Under the pieces are notes generated by a model. That model was not told the origin of the DNA, did not search any database, and was given only the letters and a program-made list of their open reading frames with translations. Source: Candidatus Latescibacterota bacterium (GTDB taxonomy: Bacteria; Latescibacterota; UBA2968; UBA8231). Taken from it: a stretch of 64,000 nucleotides of DNA. The stretch spans positions 3,520,001-3,584,000 of the forward strand of contig CBDETY010000003.1 in NCBI GenBank assembly GCA_965243025.1, written 5' to 3'. Below, piece by piece: positions 25,416 to 37,900 of this stretch (position 1 is its first letter; each line of letters starts with the position of its first letter). The position numbers were made by a program, and so were the translations under genes.

Positions 25416-26813
25416 TCAGACCGGGTCCGTCCCGGCGAGCCGGGCCCGCGCCGCCTCGAGCTGGCCGGCTACCGCCTCCGGCCCGGTTCCGCCCCGGATG
25501 TTGCGCCGGGCGAGACTGCGGCGCAGGTCGAGAACCTCGAGGGCGTCCTCCCCGAAGGCCTCCGAGTGCTTCTGCAGGGCTTCCAGCCCGAGCCCGCGCA
25601 GCCCGCAGCCCGCTTCGAGGGCAATGCGCACCACACCCCCGACGACGCGATGGGCCTCGCGAAAGGGGATCCCCTTGCCGGCGAGGTAGTCGGCGAGGTC
25701 GGTCGCCAGTACGGTGTCGTCGACCGCCTCCTCCATGCGCCCGGGGTGGATCTTCATCGTCGACCAGGCCGCGGTGAACACCTCGAGGCAGTCCGCCGCT
25801 GTCTCGAACGAATCGAAAATGGGCTCCTTGTCCTCCTGCAGGTCCTTGGAGTAAGTGAGGGCCAATCCCTTCATCGTCGTCAGCAGCGCCAGAAGATTGC
25901 CGTACACCCTTCCTGTCTTTCCGCGGATCAACTCGAGGGAGTCGGGGTTCTTCTTCTGGGGCATCATGCTCGACCCTGTGGCGTACGCTTCGTCGAGCTC
26001 GACGAAGCCGAACTCGGCCGAAGCCCAGATCACCAGGTCCTCGCAGAACCGGCTCAGATGCATCATCAGAATCGCCAGCGCCCCCAGCGCCTCGAGCAGG
26101 AAGTCGCGGTCGCTGACCGCATCGATGCTGTTCTCGCTGACCCGGCTGAACCCGAGCTCCCGCGCCATGAACTCCCTGTCGAGCCGGAAGGCGCTGCCGG
26201 CGAGGGCCCCGGAACCGAGCGGGAGCACGTCGGCCCGCGCGGCCGCGTCCCGCAGGCGCCCGCGGTCGCGGTCGAGCATCCAGAACAGGGAGAGGGCGTA
26301 ATGGCTGAACAGAATCGGCTGCGCCTGCTGCAGATGGGTGTATCCCGGCAGAACGACCGTCTCGCAGTCCTCCGCGGTCCTCACCAGGGTTTCCTGCAGC
26401 CTGGAGACCCTGCCGAGGATCCCGGCGACCGCCCCGCGCAGGTACAGACGTTCGTCGACGTTGACCTGGTCGTTGCGGCTGCGCCCGGTGTGCAGCTTGC
26501 CGGCAAGCGGTCCGATCAGGGAGGTCAGCCGCCCCTCGACAGCCATGTGGATGTCTTCGAGGCCGGGCTCGAGGTCCCCGTCGTCCGCGGCCATTTCCTC
26601 TCGCACGCGCTCGAGGCCGGAGACGATCTCGTCGCATTCGGCCGGCGTCAGCAGGGAGGCGCGGGCGAGGGCCCTGGCGTGGACGACGCTCGCGGCGACG
26701 TCGACCTCCAACAGCTTGCGGTCGAAACCGATGGAGGCGTTGAAACGCTCCATCAGCTCCGCGGTCCCCGAGCCGAAGCGTCCCCCCCAGGGTTTGTCGT
26801 GGCTGCCCGTCAT
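25416..26813 (-). CDS. argH: Argininosuccinate lyase
   Basis: WGGRF, HTGRSRNDQ, PGYTHLQ, GSSMMPQKKNPD. Confidence 0.97.
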   Translation of the reverse strand: MTGSHDKPWGGRFGSGTAELMERFNASIGFDRKLLEVDVAASVVHARALARASLLTPAECDEIVSGLERVREEMAADDGDLEPGLEDIHMAVEGRLTSLIGPLAGKLHTGRSRNDQVNVDERLYLRGAVAGILGRVSRLQETLVRTAEDCETVVLPGYTHLQQAQPILFSHYALSLFWMLDRDRGRLRDAAARADVLPLGSGALAGSAFRLDREFMARELGFSRVSENSIDAVSDRDFLLEALGALAILMMHLSRFCEDLVIWASAEFGFVELDEAYATGSSMMPQKKNPDSLELIRGKTGRVYGNLLALLTTMKGLALTYSKDLQEDKEPIFDSFETAADCLEVFTAAWSTMKIHPGRMEEAVDDTVLATDLADYLAGKGIPFREAHRVVGGVVRIALEAGCGLRGLGLEALQKHSEAFGEDALEVLDLRRSLARRNIRGGTGPEAVAGQLEAARARLAGTDPV

Positions 26814-26828
26814 CGCCGAAGCAGGGGG

Positions 26829-28025
26829 CTATCCCTGTCTCAGGACCTCGTCGAAAACGTCGACGGCCTCGTCGATCTGCCCCTTGTCGATGACCAGGGG
26901 GGGAAGAAAGCGAACGATGTCGGTGCCGCAGGGGGCGACGAGGATGTTGCGCTCCCGGAAGGCGGCAAGGTAATCGGCGGCAGGCTTGCCGGTGACCACC
27001 GCTCCCTGAATCAGCCCCCGACCCCTGACTTCGCCGACCTGGTCCGGCCAGCGCTGGTGAAGCTTCTCGAGGCCGGCTCGCAGGTGCTCCCCCTTCTCCC
27101 GCACCCCTTCGAGGAACCCCTCGGCCATCATTTTCTCCATGACCTTCAGGGCCGCGGCGCAGGCGACCGGGTTGGCCCCGAAGGTCGCGGCGTGGTCTCC
27201 CGCCTCGATGGCGTCGGCGACCGTCTGGCGCACCAGCGAGACCCCGATCGGCAGGCCGCCTCCGAGCGCCTTGGCCAGGGTCATGATGTCCGGCTCAACC
27301 CCGTACTGCTGGTACGCCCACAGCGACCCGGTGCGGCCCATGCCGACCTGGATCTCGTCGAACACGAGCAGCATGCCGCGCTCGTCGCACAGCGCCCGCA
27401 GACCCCCCAGGAACTCGTTGGAGGCGACGTGGATGCCCCCTTCCGCCTGCAGCGGCTCCACGAGGATCGCGGCGGTCTCGTCGGTGGCCAGCTTCTCGAC
27501 CGACGCGAAATCGTTGAACTCGGCGAAGTCGATTCCGGGAAGCATCGGTTCGAACCCCTTGTGGTACTTCGGTTGCCCGGTCGTCGAAACCGAGCCGTAG
27601 GTGCGGCCGTGAAAGGAATTGTTGAAGGCGATCAACCTGTTGCGAGGTTTGTCGGGCCGCGTGTTTCCCCACTTGCGGCAGAACTTCAGGGACGCTTCCC
27701 AGGCCTCCGTCCCGCTGTTGCAGAAGAAGGCGCGGTCGGCGAACGAGTTTTCCACCAGGATCTTCGCGAGCCTCGTCGAAGGGACGGTGTGATACAGGTT
27801 GGAGCAGTGGATCAGGAGGGCGGCCTGCTCCTCGATCGCTTTCAGCACGTCGTAGTCGCCGTGACCGAGCGCGTTGACCGCCAGTCCGCTGACAAAATCG
27901 AGGTAGCGGTTGCCGTCGAGGTCGAACAGGTAAACGCCGTTGCCTCTTTCGAGGACGAAATCAGGGCGCCCGTAAGTCTGCAGGATGTACTGTCTTTCTC
28001 CCTCTACTACCTTGTCGGTCCTCAT
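26829..28025 (-). CDS. argD: Acetylornithine aminotransferase
   Basis: NSGTEA, SFHGRT, DEIQVGMGRTG, PLP lysine in TLAKALGGG; arg context. Confidence 0.93.
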   Translation of the reverse strand: MRTDKVVEGERQYILQTYGRPDFVLERGNGVYLFDLDGNRYLDFVSGLAVNALGHGDYDVLKAIEEQAALLIHCSNLYHTVPSTRLAKILVENSFADRAFFCNSGTEAWEASLKFCRKWGNTRPDKPRNRLIAFNNSFHGRTYGSVSTTGQPKYHKGFEPMLPGIDFAEFNDFASVEKLATDETAAILVEPLQAEGGIHVASNEFLGGLRALCDERGMLLVFDEIQVGMGRTGSLWAYQQYGVEPDIMTLAKALGGGLPIGVSLVRQTVADAIEAGDHAATFGANPVACAAALKVMEKMMAEGFLEGVREKGEHLRAGLEKLHQRWPDQVGEVRGRGLIQGAVVTGKPAADYLAAFRERNILVAPCGTDIVRFLPPLVIDKGQIDEAVDVFDEVLRQG

Positions 28026-28056
28026 GTCGTCTGCTCCGTGATTGCGGTTGATTTCC

Positions 28057-28941
28057 CTACTGCACTATCTGCGTTCCTATGCCTTCGTCGGTGAAGAACT
28101 CGAGAAGCATCGAGTGCGGAATGCGCCCCTCCACGACATGGGTCTTGCGCACCCCCGCCCGCACCGAGTGAACGCAGGCCCGCACCTTCGGGATCATGCC
28201 CCCGGCGATGACCCCGGAGGAAATCAGCTCCTCGACCTCGTCCACGTGCACCGTCGACATCAGGGTGGAATCGTCGGCCGGGTTGCGCATGATTCCCATG
28301 ACGTCGGTGAGGAACACCAGCTTCTCCGCCCGCAGGGCGGCGGCGATCTCCCCCGCTGCCGTGTCGGCGTTGACGTTGTACGACTCTCCACCTTCGCCCC
28401 GGCCGATCGGCGCCACCACCGGGATCATGCCAGCGGCGATCAACTCCTCGACAGGGCCCGGATCGATGCGCTCGACCTCGCCGACGTAGCCGATGTCGAC
28501 CGGGGCTCCGTTGCCGTCCCGGGCGGTGTGCCTGCGGACGTGCATGATGCCTGCCAACCTCGCCGAAACCCCGGCAGCCCTCCCCCCCAGGCGTTCGAGC
28601 TGTCCGGCTATCGCGGCGTTGACCACGTCGAACAGAGTCTCCTCCACGACCTTCATCGTCTCGGCGTCGGTAATCCTCAACCCGTTGACGCGCCGCGTCT
28701 CGATTTTGAGCTCCTTCAGCCGCCGGTCTATCGCCGGGCCCCCTCCGTGTACGATCACCGGGTTGATCCCCACATGCTCCATGAACACGATATCCCTGAG
28801 GATCGTGTCCTCCCCGGGCGCGCCGCTGCCGATGCTTCCCCCGTACTTGACCACCACCGTCTTGTCGCGGAACTCCTGGATGTAGGGCAGGGCCTCGACG
28901 AGAATGGCCGCCTTGTCGATAGAGGTCTGCAGGGTTGTCAC
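28057..28941 (-). CDS. argB: Acetylglutamate kinase
   Basis: EALPYI, VVKYGG, VHGGG, NVNAD, GGMIPK. Confidence 0.96.
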   Translation of the reverse strand: MTTLQTSIDKAAILVEALPYIQEFRDKTVVVKYGGSIGSGAPGEDTILRDIVFMEHVGINPVIVHGGGPAIDRRLKELKIETRRVNGLRITDAETMKVVEETLFDVVNAAIAGQLERLGGRAAGVSARLAGIMHVRRHTARDGNGAPVDIGYVGEVERIDPGPVEELIAAGMIPVVAPIGRGEGGESYNVNADTAAGEIAAALRAEKLVFLTDVMGIMRNPADDSTLMSTVHVDEVEELISSGVIAGGMIPKVRACVHSVRAGVRKTHVVEGRIPHSMLLEFFTDEGIGTQIVQ

Positions 28942-29417
28942 GTCGCTTCCTCGCTCTCCGCGACCCCGCCGCCCTGGAGCCGGCTGGCGATCCGGGAACC
29001 CTCCTCGGCCGTGCGCGCCAGGGCGAAGATCGTGTTTTCTCCCGCCAGGGTGCCCAATATTTCCTCCCAGCCCATGCGATCTATCGCTTCGCAGACGGAC
29101 TGCGCGTGCCCGGAAACCGTCTTGACAACCACCATGTTGTCCGCCCGGTCGACCCCGAGGAGGTAGTCCCCCAGCTCTCTTTCGAGAATACGGCGATCGC
29201 GAAGGGTGACGCCTGCCTCCGGCAAGGCGTAGCGGAACCCGCCGTCGGGCCGGGGCACGCGAACGACCCCGAGCTCCCGCAGGTCCTTCGACAGGGTCGA
29301 CTGGCTAACCGCGATCGACATCCCGGCAAGGGAGCGAGCCATTTTTTCGTGCGTATCGATCTGGTCGCGCTCGAGAAGTTCCCTGATCCTGGCCTGGCGC
29401 AGTTCCTTGGCCTTCAT
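28938..29417 (-). CDS. argR: Arginine repressor
   Basis: RQARI, SQSTLSKDLRELG, VVKT..G.A, GTLAGENTI. Confidence 0.93.
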   Translation of the reverse strand: MKAKELRQARIRELLERDQIDTHEKMARSLAGMSIAVSQSTLSKDLRELGVVRVPRPDGGFRYALPEAGVTLRDRRILERELGDYLLGVDRADNMVVVKTVSGHAQSVCEAIDRMGWEEILGTLAGENTIFALARTAEEGSRIASRLQGGGVAESEEAT

Positions 29418-29459
29418 GGTCTCCGAAGCCTGTCCAGTGTCCCCCGACCGTATAATCTG

Positions 29460-29497
29460 GGTCGATAATTATTCAAAACAACGAATAAAGATTATAA
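29460..29497 (-). promoter_or_regulatory. Tandem ARG boxes overlapping the argR promoter
   Basis: Cores TCGATAATTATTCA (29462-29475) and CGAATAAAGATTAT (29482-29495) versus consensus TGAATWWWWATTCA; minus-strand TTGACA at 29523-29518 and TATAAT at 29496-29491. Confidence 0.8.
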
Positions 29498-29555
29498 CCT
29501 ATTCCGCCTCCGGAGGTTGTCAATCCGGGGCTGGGCGACGGAACGGCGGGAAGGA

Positions 29556-30377
29556 TCAGGGTTCGATCGCCAGCTCGTCCGGGCGGACGGAGGATTGTCC
29601 CCGGACAGACATCAGCTCGGTCAGACGGCGCTTGAGCTCTCTCGTGTCGAGGCCTCGGTACAAGCCGCCTCCGGCGGTCAGCGAAATTGCCCGGGATTCC
29701 TCGGAGACGACCACGGTGATGGCATCCGTCTCCTGGGAAAGGCCGAGGGCGGCGCGGTGCCGGGTGCCGAGCCTCTGGTCGGCGACCTTGTCTGCGAGCG
29801 GCAGGGTGCAGCGGGCGGCTACAAGGGTTTCTCCAAGCACCACGACCGCCTGGTCGTGGAGGGGCGAGCGGGGAGTGAAAATCGTGGTCAGCAGGTCCGC
29901 CGATACCTTGGCGTCCAGCGGCACTCCCGATTCGATCACCGACTGCAGGCCCGCTTCCCTGCCGATGACGATCAGGGCGCCGTACCCTTTCTGGGAAAGC
30001 TGCTCGGCGCCGTTGGCGATTTCGTCGATGACCCGGGAGGGCTCGGTCCTGTAGAACCACCTCAGCAGCCGACTCTGACCGAGAACGAGCAGCATGCGGC
30101 GCAGCTCCGGCTGAAACACGATCACAAGCAGGATGATGAGGATCGACTGCACCTGCGTCAGCAGGTAGGAGGTCGCCGTCAGCTCCTGCCAGTGGGCGGC
30201 GAGGGCAATGGTCACCAGCAGGAACAGCCCGACCAGCATCTGCGCCGCCGGGGTGCCGCGGATCAGGTTGAGGAGGCGGTAGAAGATGAAGGCCACGATG
30301 GCGATGTCGACGATGGAGAACACCGAAACCGGAAGGAACCCGAACAGCCTGAAGAGGATTAGTTCGTCGGCTATCAC
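29556..30377 (-). CDS. dacA: Diadenylate cyclase CdaA (membrane DAC)
   Basis: GTG 30377 overlapping the folP stop; three TM helices, FQPELRR, PLHDQA (DGA variant), LGTRHRAA, VVSEE. Confidence 0.92.
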   Translation of the reverse strand: MIADELILFRLFGFLPVSVFSIVDIAIVAFIFYRLLNLIRGTPAAQMLVGLFLLVTIALAAHWQELTATSYLLTQVQSILIILLVIVFQPELRRMLLVLGQSRLLRWFYRTEPSRVIDEIANGAEQLSQKGYGALIVIGREAGLQSVIESGVPLDAKVSADLLTTIFTPRSPLHDQAVVVLGETLVAARCTLPLADKVADQRLGTRHRAALGLSQETDAITVVVSEESRAISLTAGGGLYRGLDTRELKRRLTELMSVRGQSSVRPDELAIEP

Positions 30378-31260
30378 AGTTGCGCTCCGGACTCGGGGGA
30401 CAGCGCCCCCGGTTGAGAGGAACGCGCGACGGCCTCGGCGGTGCGCACCGCCCTGAATGACGCGGCGACGTCGTGGACGCGCACCGCGTTTGCGCCCCGG
30501 GCAACCGCCACGGCCGCGGCCGCCAGGCTCGGCTCGAGGCAGTCCCCGGCCGAAAGCCCGAGCGGCTTCCACAGAAAGGACTTGCGGGATGCGCCGACGA
30601 TTACGGGACAACCCAGGCTGCGAAAGCGGGACAGCTCCGCGATCAGGGTAAAATTGCCGCCTGTCGATTTGCCGAACCCCAGACCGGGATCGATCCCGAG
30701 GTTCCGGCGGCAGACGCCGGCGGCCGCCGCCGCGTCGATTCGGGAGCGGAGATAGCAGGCGACCTCACCGAGCAAATCCTCGTAACGGGTATCGAGCTGC
30801 ATTGTCTCCGGAGTGCCGCGGCGGTGCATCAGGATCACAGCCGCCCCCGCTTCGGCGGCTGCCGGGGCCATTTCCGGGTCGCCCAGGGCGCTGATATCGT
30901 TGACGATGTCGGCGCCGGCGGCAAGCGCCTCCCGGGCTACTTCGGCTTTTGTCGTGTCGATGGAAATGGGAACCCGGGACCGCGCCCGGACCGCTTCGAT
31001 TACGGGAATTACCCGGCGGCACTCCGCGTGGGCGCTCAGGGCCGCAGCGACTCCGTACATCGGCGGACGGGAGGATTCGCCGCCGATATCGACGATGTCG
31101 GCACCTTCGGCTTCCAGCAGCAGCGCCCGGTCCACGGCCCGTCCGACCTCGTCGTAGCGCCCGCCGTCGTAGAAGGAATCGGGGGTGACATTGAGGATTC
31201 CCATGATCCGGACGCGGGAGCGGAAATCGAGACTGAGGTTCCCGCCCCGCAAGCTCCAGA

Positions 31261-31264
<4 letters not shown>
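30374..31264 (-). CDS. folP: Dihydropteroate synthase
   Basis: MGILNVTPDSF, DIGGESSRP, DPGLGFGK, SRKS, VRVHDV. Confidence 0.97.
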
Positions 31265-33349
<2,085 letters not shown>

Positions 33350-33357
<8 letters not shown>

Positions 33358-34786
33358 TTCGCAGACTCGTTGAATCGGTGGGTTTGAACTCGCAGTACAG
33401 GATATGCCTGGTCGACTGTGTGACGCGATGGCCGTGAGCGGTGCGCAAGCCGGCGACCCAGAGGATCTCCCGGCCGCGGGCGAGCAGCAGCGCTTCGTCG
33501 CGCAACAGGCGGGGATGGCCTGCCTCTGCCAGGAGGTCGCTGACCTTCTTGTGGCGTCCCTCGAGTCCGAAGGGCTGCAATCTGTCTCCCTCCTCGATCC
33601 CGCGCAGGCGCAACGGCTCCGACCCCAGCGAATCCGCGTCGAAAACCGCTTCCCAGGTTCCCAGCCGCGGCGCCAGATCGGCGAATGAGCTCCCCGGAAG
33701 GAAGCGCGAGCGGAACTCGAGCGAGCGCTCCGGGAGGGGTACGACTGCGGGGGCTTCGAAGGTCCGATCCACCTGGGCCGCCGCTCCCGCGGTCAGCACC
33801 AGACTGTCGCCCCGGCGCTGAGCCAGTATCCCCGAACCGAGATCGACGATCCCAGCGACCGCCCCCTGCGCCAGTTCGACGAGGGTGTCGACCGCGGCGC
33901 GACCAGCCTCCGAGCGAGGCGGGGAAATCGCTTGCAGCGAATGCCGTAACACCCTGCGCTGTATAGATGTATGATAGTTGGCAAGGATGTGGGCAGCAAG
34001 GACCATACGCGAGGAGTCGGCGCGCATGACAACCTCCGCAACCGCGGCTGAGGCCTCCCGGGCGAGCCGGTCGTCCTCGTCGCGAAGCAGCTCCGACGAG
34101 CGCGTCAGGGTCGGGACGATTTGCGGGTTGAACGAACGCAGCCGCGGGAGCAGCTCCCACCGCACCCTGTTGCGCAGGAACTTCGGATCGCGGTTGCTGG
34201 CGTCTTCGCGGTAGACGACTTCCCGATCTGCCGCGTAGCGGGCGAGAGTGCTGCGGGGGTAGCTCAGCAGCGGCCGCAGGTAACGGTTGCCGCGAACCGG
34301 CGCCATGCCGCCCAGACCGGAAGCACTGCCGCGCAGCAGACGCATGATCACGGTCTCGGCCTGGTCGTCGGCGTGGTGTCCCAGGGCGATGAACTCACAT
34401 CCCGCCTCCGACATGACGCGGTGCAGAAACTCGTAGCGCAACTCGCGAGAGGCCATTTCGAGGGAGATCCGCGCGCCGGCCGCCCGGCTTCTCACGTTTC
34501 CCGCTGCGGTCGTCAAAGGCAGGTCCCGCCTCGCGGCCTCCCCGGCGACGAAAGCCGCGTCGTCCCCGGACCCGGGCCGCAGCTGATGGTCGAAATGGGC
34601 CACGTGAAGCCGCGGCCGAAGCTCAGCGTCGCTCGCGAGAATATCGAGAAGCACCATGGAGTCCATCCCCCCGGACACCGCCACAACGACCCCGGCGCCG
34701 GATTCCCCGGTGGTTTCGCGGACCCACTGGCCGACTGCCGCGGCCAGTTCCTCCGGCGATGCAACCCCTTCCGTGATTCCACTCAT
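33350..34786 (-). CDS. tilS: tRNA(Ile)-lysidine synthetase
   Basis: PP-loop AVSGGMDS, HFDHQLR, HHADDQAET, RNRVR, TilS C-terminal domain. Confidence 0.95.
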
Positions 34787-34973
34787 TTCAGGACAACCCG
34801 GGGGCAAGCCGGGGCGCCGGGGGAACCCCTCTCGACGGAGGAAACCGTCTCAAGCACGGGATCCGGAATACCGACCGCACCCGAGGGACCTCCTCTGGCA
34901 GCCGCGACAATTGCGAACGCCGGGGCCAGCCCTCCATGTCCAGGGCCGCACCGGGGTTGTTTCAGGAGGACCT

Positions 34974-37900
34974 TTACTCCGACACCTTGACGCCCAACGG
35001 CGTCGTCCAGTCGCTTTCCCGCGATTCCGCGTCGACGGCCCGCACCCGGTAGTAGTAGGTCACTCCCCGTTCCACCGAATCGTCCTCGCGGCTGGTCCTG
35101 ATGTCGTTCCTGAGGCCGCTGGCCGCCCGGATTTCGGTGTAATCGGCGTCGTCGGTGCTGTTGGGAACCGTCGTCCTCTCCACCTCGTACCGCAGGATCA
35201 CCCCTTCCGACGCCTCCCAGGTGATCGTGACGACCGGATTCTTCGCCGGGTCGGACGGGGTTGTCGAGGAGAGCGAGACGTTCTTCGGGACTTCGACCCC
35301 CGAGGTCGTGGCGGCCTCTGTCGAAGATGGAACGCTGGCGTTGCCGGCCGGGTCGAGAGCCAGCACCCGGTAGTAGTAGGTCGTCCTCTGCTCGAGTTCG
35401 CTGTCCCGGTATTCGGCGGTCTCCGGGGCCCCTATCTCCTCGAACGGGCCGGAAGCGCTCTCCGCGCGGAACACAAGGTATCCCGACAGGCCGGTCAGCT
35501 CGGCCCCGCCGGCGTCGCTGGAGGGCGCCCGCCATTCCAGGAGGATGACCTCGGGATCTCCCACAACCGCCTCTCCTGACAGCAGGGTCGGGGCAGCGGG
35601 GGCGCGGGTATCCGATTCCACCGTGGCTCCCTCGAACTCCGACAGGTCGCTCTCCCCCCTGGAGGTGACGACGCTAACGCGGTAGAACAGGACCTCTCCC
35701 CCGACAAACCCGGTATCCACATAGGTGGTCTGCCCCGTGGTGAACGGCGTGCCCTCGACTCCCGGCAAACGCTCGAACGACTCGTCCGGACGCGGCGAGC
35801 GATACACGTTGTAGCCCACCAGGTCCGACTCGCCGCTCCCCAGCCAGCTCACCGTGATGCGCCCGATGCCCGATTGCGCCGACAATCCCGACGGAGGGGC
35901 CAGACCCCGGGTCGTCGCCGATACCGGACCCGTCAACTCACTCGCGTTACCCGAACCGTCCACCGCCGTCAGCGCATACGTGTAGACCACCGCCGACTCC
36001 AGATCCTCATCCACATACTCCGTCACCGACGCCGACACCGTGTCCACCGCCGCCCGCTCCGACAACCCCGACGACGAGCGGAAAATCACATACCCCGACA
36101 GACCCGTCAGCTCCCCCCCGTCCGCGTCATACCGCGGCGCACGCCAGCTCAAGCGAATCCCCGCCCCCGCCTCCAGGGCCGTCGCCACCAGCCCCCCCGG
36201 CGGCTCCGGAGCCGAGAGGTCCCCCTGAGACGCCCCGCTCACGTAGCCCGACAGCTCGCTTTCGAAAACCGACGATACCGACGACACCTTGTAGTAAAAA
36301 CGATCCCCGGACGTCAGGTTCGAATCCACGTAGCTCGTGCGCGCCGTCGTGTACGACGCCCCCGAGGACGATTCCAGACGCTCGAAATCCAGGTCCGGAC
36401 GCGGCGAGCGATACACGTTGTAGCCGATCAGATCCTCGTCTCCCACCGCCTCCCAGTTCACCTCGATACGGCCGATTCCGTCCCGGGCACGGACCCCCGA
36501 AGGAACCGACATCCCCTCCGTGCGCGCCCGGGACACCCCCGACTGAACCGACTCGTTGCCCCCGCCGTCGAACGCCGACACCGCATACCCATACTCCGTC
36601 AGCGAGCGCAAGCCCTCGTCCACATACTCCCGGGCCTCGGCGCCCAACGTCGCCACCGACACCAGCGAACCCGCGACCCCCTCCGAACGATACACCGTGA
36701 ATCCCGACAGACCCGTCAGCTCCCCCCCGTCCGCGTCCGTCGTCGGGGCGCTCCAGCGCACCGTGATACGGTCCGTGAATCCGGCCTCCGCCACGGCCGA
36801 CACGTTCCGCGGAACCCCGGGAGACACCTCGTCGGCAAGCGCCTCGCCACCCACCTGCGAGGACAGCTCCGAACGGTGGGTCCGGCCCACCGACTGCACC
36901 TTGTAGTAATACGCGCGACCCGCCTGCACGCTCGTGTCCACGTAGCTCGTGCGGCCCGTCGTGAACGGCGTGCCCTCGACTCCCGGCAAACGCTCGAACG
37001 ACTCGTCCGGACGCGGCGAGCGATACACGTCATACCCCAGAAGCTCCTCGTCTGCCACCGCCTCCCAGATCACCTCGATGCGGCCGATTCCGTCCCGGGC
37101 ACCGACCCCCGAAGGAACCGACATCCCCTCCGTGCGCGCCCGGGACACCCCCGACTGAACCGACTCGTTGCCCCCGCCGTCGAACGCCGACACCGCATAC
37201 CCATACTCCGTCAGCGAGCGCAAGCCCTCGTCCACATACTCCCGGGCCTCGGCGCCCAACGTCGCCACCGACACCAGCGAACCCGCGACCCCCTCCGAAC
37301 GATACACCGTGAATCCCGACAGACCCGTCAGCTCCCCCCCGTCCGCGTCCGTCGTCGGGGCGCTCCAGCGCACCGTGATACGGTCCGTGGATCCGGCCTC
37401 CGCCACGGCCGACACGTTCCGCGGAACTCCCGGTGACACCCGGTCCTCCCCCTGGGTCTTCACCCGCACCGGAACCGCACGACCCGACTCGTTGCCCGAA
37501 CCGTCCACCGCCGACACCGTGTAGTAATACGTCGTCGACTCCTCCAGGCCGGCGTCCGCATACCGCGGCTCCGACACCGCCGCCACCTGCACGAACGAGT
37601 CCGTCGTTCCCTGGGACCGGAACACCTGATACCCCGACAGGCCCGTCAGCTCTCCCCCGTCGTCGTCCACCAGGGGCGCGTTCCACGTCACCGACACCCG
37701 GCCGAATTCCGATTCGTCCGCCACCGCCGACAGATTGCGCGGGGACTCGGGCGCCACCTCGTCGGCCAGCGCCTCCCCGTCCACGAACACCGACAGCTCG
37801 GAACGGTAGGTCCGGCCCACCGACTGCACCCTGTAGTAATACGCGCGACCCACCTGCACGCTCGTGTCCACGTAGCTCGTGCGGCCCGTGGTGAACGGCG

